DNA of 64,000 nt from an uncultured Gammaproteobacteria bacterium (GTDB lineage: Bacteria; Patescibacteriota; Patescibacteriia; Magasanikbacterales; UBA922): assembly GCA_964374115.1 (NCBI GenBank), contig CAYJXK010000001.1:20790-84789 (forward strand). The letters run 5' to 3'. Positions 57,616 through 64,000 of the stretch are shown piece after piece. A program made the position numbers and the translations under genes. Position 1 is the stretch's first letter. The number at the start of each line of letters is the position of its first letter. Under the pieces are notes generated by a model. The model was not told where the DNA came from. It was given only the letters and a program-made list of their open reading frames with translations, and searched no databases.

Positions 57616-58326
57616 TTACGCTCGCGTTCGGCGCGGCATGCGAATTTTTTTCATCACCGTTTCGAGGCTTGTGAGATCATGCCGCGCTTGCCGCTCATGT
57701 TTGTTTGCTTCGTGTTTGATCATGAGAACCCCAATCGTGTAGGCGGGGAAAAGATTTACACCCGGAATGAGCTCGGCAATCAGCACAATAATGATTCTTC
57801 CCAAGAGTTTCCGCACAATGAGACGCTTGAGCCATATCCCTTGGAACCACGTGAGTCGGATGAGCGCGGCGGTGACAATAATATTCATCATCATCGCGAG
57901 GAAGCCGAGGTCAACGAAAATCGTAAGATCCCATACATCTTTGAGCGCGGCAAGGCACATCGCGATAATGAAGGAAGTAAATGATCCTTGCATAATTTTC
58001 TGCCGAAGGTGTTCGCCTATGTGTTCGCCCAATTGCTGCGCGCTTTTTGGAAGATTGGAAGAATCCATTTCATGCTGTTTGGCGATGTCTTTGAGTTCTT
58101 TTGGCATTTCTTGATTCTTCTGTCCATCACTACTCTTTTGGGGAGGATTCCTACGCTCTTTTTGTTGTTCACGTCGCAGGTTATTCGCCCACTGGTGTTC
58201 CCGTTTTTTTTGTTCTTCTTGTTGCTCTTGTTGCTGATCTTCTTCTCCTTTAGACGGATTTTCTGGTTCGATTCCTGGATCGAAAGAAAGAGGTGGCGTG
58301 TTTGGGATGTTTGAGGTGTTCGGCAT
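57616..58326 (-). CDS. Hypothetical membrane protein with a Gln/Glu-rich N-terminal region.
   Basis: EEDQQQEQQEEQKKREHQ low-complexity region followed by about 4 TM helices. Confidence 0.45.
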   Translation of the reverse strand: MPNTSNIPNTPPLSFDPGIEPENPSKGEEDQQQEQQEEQKKREHQWANNLRREQQKERRNPPQKSSDGQKNQEMPKELKDIAKQHEMDSSNLPKSAQQLGEHIGEHLRQKIMQGSFTSFIIAMCLAALKDVWDLTIFVDLGFLAMMMNIIVTAALIRLTWFQGIWLKRLIVRKLLGRIIIVLIAELIPGVNLFPAYTIGVLMIKHEANKHERQARHDLTSLETVMKKIRMPRRTRA

Positions 58327-58367
58327 ATGGCCTATTGGCTATGAACGATTGGCTATCGGCATACACG

Positions 58368-60902
58368 CTACACAAATCGAAATCGTCCATCTTTTTTTTG
58401 CAGTGTAACTTTTTCTTTTTTCATCGGCCGTTCTTTATAGAAGTGTACTGCCTCGTGGAGCGCTCGCGCAATGGTGCGTTCGATATGACGCGCTCCCGTG
58501 TCAATCGTGTATCCTTCTTTGGATATCGCTTCTATCGCGCTTTTGTGCACGCGCATGGGGAGAGGAATCGTGGCGCCAAGTGCTTGCAAAAGAAGAGCGG
58601 ATTGTTTTTCAATGATGGCGTGAATGTCTTTGGTTTCAAATGGAGAAAAGATGCAGACGCGATCAATACGGGCTAAAAGCGATTGGCCGAGCTCCTCTCG
58701 AATTTTGTCAAGAATCAACTCGTCACGAAACAAATGCGGTCGAGAACCAATCGAAGATTCTTCAGAAAATCCGAGACCGGCTTGTTTATAATACTCAGCG
58801 CCAATATTGGATGTAAGCACAATCACATTGTGGTGAAAGAGAATTTTTTTGCCGCTACTATCAGTGAGCTCTCCTTCGTCAAGGATTTGCAAAAGCAAAC
58901 GCCGTACATCCGGGTGTGCTTTGTCTATTTCATCAAAAATAATGAGAGCATGCGGGTGTTTTCGGATGCGTTCGATGAATGAATTGCGGTCTTTGTATCC
59001 TACATATCCGGCAGGGGAGCCGAGAAGTTTTGACACCGCGTGACCCTCGCTGAATTCGCTCATGTCGAGGCGAATGCAGGTATCGGGGTCTAAAAATAAT
59101 TCTCGGGCCAGTATTTTTGCTAATTCCGTTTTCCCCACTCCGCTCGGGCCTACGAACAAAAAGGACGCGCGCGGTCGAGGCCGGGTAGACAGACCAAGAG
59201 ACGATTGTTGCAGTGTGGTGACCACTCCGTCTATCACATGATCCTCTCCAATGATATGAGCAAGAAGCGTGCTGCGAATCGCGGCAATACGATCCCAGTC
59301 AGAGCTCATAAGCTGTTCTTCGCGTACCCCCAGCCGATCTGCCAACACCCGCGCCACGTCTGCCTCTCGTACGGTCGCGACCGACCGTCTCTTTTTTCCG
59401 TGTTTCACGCGTGTCAGTTTCGCGATTGCTTTCTCTGCTGTCTCGATTTTTTCTTTCCATCGTATCGCGTCTTCGAGGTGTTCTCCGCGAATGGCCTGTG
59501 TTTTTTGTTTTTCATAGGCTTCCTTTTCTCCCATGAGTCCTCGGAGTACCACATCCGTATCATCTGTTGCATGTGCCGAGGCGACTAAGGCAGATGCTTC
59601 GTCTAGGAGATCTATTGCTTTGTCCGGAAGATAATGATCGTGGATGTATTTCGTACTCAATGTCACTGCTCCTTGAATTGCGGATTCGTCAATCGTAATA
59701 GAATGGAATGTTTCATAATTTTTGGCCACGCCAGAAAGAATACGGATTGTTTCTTCGACTGTGGGTTCCGCAACATCGATGCATTGAAAGCGACGCTCGA
59801 GAGCTGGATCAGTTTGAATATATCGTTTGTGTTCATCAATCGTGGTTGCGCCAATGCAGTGAATCACCCCACGCGCAAGCGCGGGTTTCAGGATATTCGC
59901 GGCATCCATGGTGCCACTGTTCGATCCCGCGCCGACCAGATTGTGTATTTCATCAATGAAGAGAAGAATATCTGGTCGGTCGGCGATTTCATCAATCAGT
60001 TGTTTCAGACGCCCCTCAAATTCTCCGCGATAGATGGTGCCGGCAATAAGAAGCGGGAGATCAAGCGCCAGGAGTTTTTTGCCTCGCACATGCATCGGCA
60101 CGTCGCCTTCGAGAATGCGTTTTGCGAGTCCCTCGACAATCGCGGTTTTTCCCACGCCTGGTTCGCCAACCAAGAGTGGATTATTTTTTTTGCGTCGGGC
60201 AAGAATGTGCACCATACGATCGATTTCTTTTTCTCTTCCCACTACAGGATCAATCGTCTTTTGCACTGATGGGTCTGTGAGATTGGTCGTAAAAAATTCA
60301 AGAGCAGATGGGAGTGAGGGAGCGCTCCGCTTCTTCTTTTTTTCTTTGGCCACCGTTCCTTCAGGAGAGTGATGCGCGTGCTCCCGCACCTCGTCAATCG
60401 CATTGCTCAAATCCTCGACTGCGGGAAAATGGCTGGTGTTGGTAAAAATGGTATTCACTTGTTCGAGGATATCGGCAATGCGAATATGCAACTTCGCGAT
60501 GCATTCATGAAGATAATCGTCTCCTTCCTGAAGAAGCGCATGGAGGAGATGCTCAGTACCCACATAGGTATGTCCATGTTCATAGGCGACGAGCACTGCT
60601 TTTTCGATTACCTTTTTCGCGTGCGCGTTCAATTCAATCGCCATGAGCGTGTTGTAGGTGTCGGGACGCATTTTTTTTTCATGTCGCTCACGGCGTTTCA
60701 TCACATCAAGAACATGTTCGGCATTGCATCCTACTTTTTTGAGTATTTCTGCTCCCACAGATCCTTTTTCTTCTGCAAGCGCAAAGAGAAGATGGAGCGG
60801 AGTGACAGTCGAGGACTGTACATTGGCGGCAACCGTCATGGCCCGGCCAATAGTGTTTTTGAGATGCGTTGACAATTTATCTAAGAATTGAGTGGGTTGC
60901 AT
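58368..60902 (-). CDS. clpC: Clp-family AAA+ chaperone (ClpC/ClpB-type), with an N-terminal Clp_N domain, two AAA modules and a short middle domain.
   Basis: Clp_N repeats. AAA1 motif GEPGVGKTAIVEGLA and AAA2 motif GPSGVGKTELAKILA. The short linker (~70 aa) favours ClpC over ClpB. Confidence 0.85.
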   Translation of the reverse strand: MQPTQFLDKLSTHLKNTIGRAMTVAANVQSSTVTPLHLLFALAEEKGSVGAEILKKVGCNAEHVLDVMKRRERHEKKMRPDTYNTLMAIELNAHAKKVIEKAVLVAYEHGHTYVGTEHLLHALLQEGDDYLHECIAKLHIRIADILEQVNTIFTNTSHFPAVEDLSNAIDEVREHAHHSPEGTVAKEKKKKRSAPSLPSALEFFTTNLTDPSVQKTIDPVVGREKEIDRMVHILARRKKNNPLLVGEPGVGKTAIVEGLAKRILEGDVPMHVRGKKLLALDLPLLIAGTIYRGEFEGRLKQLIDEIADRPDILLFIDEIHNLVGAGSNSGTMDAANILKPALARGVIHCIGATTIDEHKRYIQTDPALERRFQCIDVAEPTVEETIRILSGVAKNYETFHSITIDESAIQGAVTLSTKYIHDHYLPDKAIDLLDEASALVASAHATDDTDVVLRGLMGEKEAYEKQKTQAIRGEHLEDAIRWKEKIETAEKAIAKLTRVKHGKKRRSVATVREADVARVLADRLGVREEQLMSSDWDRIAAIRSTLLAHIIGEDHVIDGVVTTLQQSSLGLSTRPRPRASFLFVGPSGVGKTELAKILARELFLDPDTCIRLDMSEFSEGHAVSKLLGSPAGYVGYKDRNSFIERIRKHPHALIIFDEIDKAHPDVRRLLLQILDEGELTDSSGKKILFHHNVIVLTSNIGAEYYKQAGLGFSEESSIGSRPHLFRDELILDKIREELGQSLLARIDRVCIFSPFETKDIHAIIEKQSALLLQALGATIPLPMRVHKSAIEAISKEGYTIDTGARHIERTIARALHEAVHFYKERPMKKEKVTLQKKDGRFRFV

Positions 60903-60930
60903 ATAACCTATTGTCTATATGATGAGGGGT

Positions 60931-60959
60931 AGTATATACTCTTTGTATTCTCAATTCAA
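60931..60959 (-). promoter_or_regulatory. Candidate clpC promoter (TTGAAT-N17-TATACT on the minus strand).
   Basis: Minus-strand reading cTTGAATtgagaatacaaagagtaTATACTac, about 30 nt upstream of the clpC ATG. Confidence 0.45.
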
Positions 60960-60990
60960 GTAGTATGAACTCATAGCGAATTATCCCTCC

Positions 60991-61133
60991 GCATGGTCAC
61001 GATTCCTTTTTTCTTCCCTCCAAAATCTGCACGCGCAAAACTCAAACCGCATCATAGGCACCCACAGCGTTCTCTACACGCCTGTTTTGCCACTGAGCAT
61101 TGGAGGCGAAAAAAAAAGGAATCGTGACCATGC
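60991..61133. repeat. Perfect 22-bp inverted repeat pair (GCATGGTCACGATTCCTTTTTT at 60991-61012; AAAAAAGGAATCGTGACCATGC at 61112-61133) with a 99-bp spacer in the clpC/pmm divergent intergenic region.
   Basis: Seen directly. Nested inside degenerate inverted copies of the ACTCGCTATGAG motif. Confidence 0.7.
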
Positions 61134-61196
61134 TTCATACAGCGGATACTGCATGGAAACTCGCTATTGAGTTTTATAGCAAACAACTGCTGACAG

Positions 61197-62576
61197 ATGA
61201 CGGTTGAAAGCCAATATATGATTGATCAATCACTTTTTCGCAATTATGATGTCCGGGGGGAATATGGAACCGTGTTGACTGAAGAAGCGGCATACCATAT
61301 TGCTCATGCGTATGCCGCGCTCAAACACCCGCGCACGGTCGTGGTGGGTTCAGATGCACGGATATCATCTCCCACTCTCAAACAAGCTGTGGTTCGGGGG
61401 CTTACCGAGCAAGGGGTGGATGTCATTGATATTGGCCTTGTTTCCACAGACGCGATGTATTTTTCTACATGGTTTTACGGATATGATGGTGGCATCATGG
61501 TGACCGCTTCCCACATGCCGCGTGAGTTTAATGGCCTCAAATTTCTCGCGCTCGATACGCATGGCGTGCTTGCTCCGATTGGCAGAGGGCTGGGAATGGA
61601 AGAATTGGAGAAATTGACTCTTCAATCAGACACAGGACAAAAAGTTACTGCGAGTGGGAATATATCTCGCAAAGACATCTGGGATGATTTTGTCCGTTTT
61701 ACCCACGAATTCGTGGATGTTGGCGCTATCAAACCACTTCATGTCGTGATGGACGCGGGAAACGGTATGGGAGGATTCGTCGCTGATAAAGTATTTGCCG
61801 GCCTGCCACTTTCGATCGAGCGTTTGTGTTTTGAACCAGACGGCAATTTCCCCAATCATCCGGCCAATCCCATTCTCGAAGAGAATCGAGTGGATAGTAT
61901 TGAAAAAGTGAAAGCCACCGGCGCTGATCTTGGTGTCGCGTGGGACGCAGATTGTGACAGGGTCTATTTTATTGATGAAAAAGGGAATTTTGTTCATGGG
62001 GATTTTATCGCAACGCTCCTGGCGCTCCACATATTAAAAAAACATCCTGGAGAAGGTATTGTCTATGATCTTCGGTTTAGTCGGGCACTCAAAGATTGGG
62101 TCGGGAAAGCAGGAGGGATCCCGCACATGAGCCGCGTGGGGCATACCTACATCAAACATCACATGTACGAGACCAAGTCGATCTTTGGCGGAGAAATAAG
62201 CGGCCATTATTATTTTGCCAGAAACAAATATATGGAAAACGGGTTCGCGCCCGTGCTTATGATTATGGAAATGATGTCGGCACAGGACAAAACACTCTCT
62301 GAGTTGGTACGGGATCTCGGTTCTTATTATATTTCTGGCGAAATGAATTTTCCTGTCAAAGATACAACGGCAGTGATCCGGGCGTTTGAAGAAACATATC
62401 AAAATGGACATCTATCGAAACTAGATGGCTTGAGTGTCGAATTCGCAGATTGGCATTTTAACGTGCGCCCATCGGCGAACGATCCGGTGCTGCGCCTCAC
62501 GCTTGAGGCGACAAGCCCCGCGCTTCTTGACGAAAAGAAAAAAGCAATCATCTCTGTCATCGAGTCGTTCGTATAA
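61197..62576 (+). CDS. Phosphomannomutase / phosphoglucomutase (alpha-D-phosphohexomutase).
   Basis: Active-site TASHMP(REFNG) and metal-binding DADCDR motif. Confidence 0.9.
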   Translation: MTVESQYMIDQSLFRNYDVRGEYGTVLTEEAAYHIAHAYAALKHPRTVVVGSDARISSPTLKQAVVRGLTEQGVDVIDIGLVSTDAMYFSTWFYGYDGGIMVTASHMPREFNGLKFLALDTHGVLAPIGRGLGMEELEKLTLQSDTGQKVTASGNISRKDIWDDFVRFTHEFVDVGAIKPLHVVMDAGNGMGGFVADKVFAGLPLSIERLCFEPDGNFPNHPANPILEENRVDSIEKVKATGADLGVAWDADCDRVYFIDEKGNFVHGDFIATLLALHILKKHPGEGIVYDLRFSRALKDWVGKAGGIPHMSRVGHTYIKHHMYETKSIFGGEISGHYYFARNKYMENGFAPVLMIMEMMSAQDKTLSELVRDLGSYYISGEMNFPVKDTTAVIRAFEETYQNGHLSKLDGLSVEFADWHFNVRPSANDPVLRLTLEATSPALLDEKKKAIISVIESFV

Positions 62577-62591
62577 TACGTTCCTGCCATG

Positions 62592-62903
62592 TCATCTTAT
62601 CGATTCTTTCACCCACTGACGATACGCTTTGTTGCTGTCCCCTGTTGGAATTTCAATGATGCAAGGGGTGATATCACTGTGGAGTTCCCCCACTCGTTGT
62701 ATCACGTCTTTGACAAGTGTAGTATCTGTTTTTAACAGAAGTACTGTTTCAATATCATTCTGAATTTTATCTTGCCATCGGTAGAGCGATTCCATGCCGT
62801 CAATGATATTTGCGCACGCGATAAGACGCTCATCAAGGAGCGTCTTTGCGATGGTTGTCGCTTCTTCTTTGTCTTTCGTTGTTACATACAGAAGAGACAC
62901 CAT
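62592..62903 (-). CDS. cutA: Divalent-cation tolerance protein CutA.
   Basis: 103 aa; MVSLLYVTTKDKEEATTIAKTLLDERLIACANII...YRWQ. Confidence 0.85.
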   Translation of the reverse strand: MVSLLYVTTKDKEEATTIAKTLLDERLIACANIIDGMESLYRWQDKIQNDIETVLLLKTDTTLVKDVIQRVGELHSDITPCIIEIPTGDSNKAYRQWVKESIR

Positions 62904-62973
62904 ATCATGGTTGGGTTATGTATCAGGAAGCTGAGCTTTACCGGGTTTTTGTTGTTGGTCGGCATAGGTGATA

Positions 62974-63855
62974 TTACATTTCTCGTAATCGTTTTAACCT
63001 CTCCTCAATCGGTGGATGTGTCGAGAACAAATGCGACAGCGTTTTCTTTTTGAAAGGATTCGCGATAAACAAATGTGCGGTGGCTTCACTCGCGGTTTGA
63101 AGTGGTGTTTTTGAGATTGATATTTTTTCCAAAGCCCGGGCAAGTCCTTCTGGATAGCGAGTGAGAAGCGCGCCAGAAGCATCAGCAAGAAACTCGCGTT
63201 TTCGTGAAATCGCGAGTTTGATGAGCTCTCCAATCAGGGGAGCCAAGATCATAAGGACGATCCCTACAATCATGAGCAGTCCGCCAGCCGAGTTTCGACT
63301 AGTATTGTCTCGACCACCAAATCCAAACAATCGCGCGCGGAAAAACATGTCCGCAAGAAGCGCGAGTCCTCCAACAAGGACAACAACGATCGTCATCACC
63401 CGAATATCATAATTTTTAATATGCGATAGCTCGTGCGCGATCACACCTTCGAGCTCTTCATTTTTGAGCGCTTCAATGAGTCCGGTCGTCATCGCGATAT
63501 GCGCATGCTCTGGGTCGCGGCCAGTGGCAAAAGCATTGAGAGCAGAGGAGGGGATACTGTATACCTTTGGCATGGGCATACCAGCCGTAATGGCTAGATT
63601 TTCTACCAGACGATAGACATACAGGTTGTCTTGTTTTTGAATTTCTTTTGCGCCAGCAGAGCGTAGTGCGATTTTGTCTCCTTGAAAATAACTTACCAGC
63701 GTCATGATCATCGAGAGAATGAAGGCGAAGGCCATCATTTCATAGCCATAGCCGAGATATTCGGATAAGAGATACCCAAGACCAAGAATCACTGCGATGA
63801 ACAGAGTGATAAGAAAGACTGTTTTTCGTTTGTTGGTAGTGATTTGGTTGTACAT
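62974..63855 (-). CDS. htpX: Membrane zinc metalloprotease HtpX (M48 family).
   Basis: HEXXH motif AHELSHIKN, TM helices, and the downstream Glu ligand region. Confidence 0.9.
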   Translation of the reverse strand: MYNQITTNKRKTVFLITLFIAVILGLGYLLSEYLGYGYEMMAFAFILSMIMTLVSYFQGDKIALRSAGAKEIQKQDNLYVYRLVENLAITAGMPMPKVYSIPSSALNAFATGRDPEHAHIAMTTGLIEALKNEELEGVIAHELSHIKNYDIRVMTIVVVLVGGLALLADMFFRARLFGFGGRDNTSRNSAGGLLMIVGIVLMILAPLIGELIKLAISRKREFLADASGALLTRYPEGLARALEKISISKTPLQTASEATAHLFIANPFKKKTLSHLFSTHPPIEERLKRLREM

Positions 63856-63872
63856 AAAAATTCTTGTGATGT

Positions 63873-64000
63873 CTATATATCCTTCATCGGCCTGAGAACT
63901 GAAAATCCTTGGCTCGCTTCGGTCGTGGGTACAATTTTTTCGATCACGTATTTCCCAGATCCGATCGTGAGCACGTCACCTTTGAATACAATTTCGGTTT
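63873..64000 (-). CDS. C-terminal fragment of an unidentified gene running off the window edge.
   Basis: Minus-strand frame reads ...TEIVFKGDVLTIGSGKYVIEKIVPTTEASQGFSVLRPMKDI*. Only about 42 codons are visible. Confidence 0.3.
   Translation of the reverse strand, partial: TEIVFKGDVLTIGSGKYVIEKIVPTTEASQGFSVLRPMKDI

Noticed and set aside
1-64000. CRISPR arrays, rRNA genes, transposases or integrases.
   Set aside because: No short direct-repeat/spacer periodicity, no rRNA-like conserved blocks, and no DDE or tyrosine-recombinase-like ORFs were recognised. The repeated elements found are 28-35 nt intergenic motifs and inverted repeats, not arrays.

Overview
This 64-kb window is dense bacterial chromosomal sequence whose gene content and style suggest a small-genome, possibly CPR/Patescibacteria-like organism. 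That lineage call is an inference from the mix of giant surface proteins, minimal metabolism and a dprA/topA/rel/der housekeeping neighbourhood. The left 9 kb is one giant secreted protein with Cys-rich repeats, an Asp-box (BNR) beta-propeller and a dockerin-like segment; the window edge truncates its 5' end. Two paralogous membrane proteins with thrombospondin-type-3-like Ca-binding repeats follow. A conserved housekeeping core runs next: ybeY-dgkA, ftsA-ftsZ, nrdR, htrA, pyk, asnS, a J-domain protein, an rRNA m5C methyltransferase, a BNR protein, tdh-kbl and aspS. From 28.1 to 33.7 kb there is an AT-richer island with different Leu codon usage. It holds a 1668-aa tandem helical-repeat protein that ends in a GNAT acetyltransferase domain, plus a second, paralogous stand-alone GNAT; this is the most unusual locus in the window. 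Downstream lie scpA, a membrane GT-like gene, scpB, a DD-carboxypeptidase, tRNA-Leu, parAB and, on the minus strand, rel, topA, folC, dprA, pth, der and an LCP-family gene. These are followed by tRNA-Val, a small membrane gene, tRNA-Arg, recG, a GC-rich small-ORF module with its own near-consensus promoter, radA, an envelope cluster (amidase_2, DsbA-like, TolB-like), clpC, pmm, cutA and htpX. No CRISPR array, rRNA, transposase or integrase was seen. Several non-coding curiosities stand out: a 35-nt intergenic element with two near-identical copies (one substitution) plus two degenerate copies, a 28-nt hairpin motif shared upstream of two envelope genes, two unrelated 22-bp perfect inverted-repeat pairs bracketing ~100-120-bp spacers, a 30-bp perfect palindrome, and two small membrane-peptide genes with good expression signals. 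All calls rest on reading the supplied translations and sequence by eye; nothing was computed or searched.
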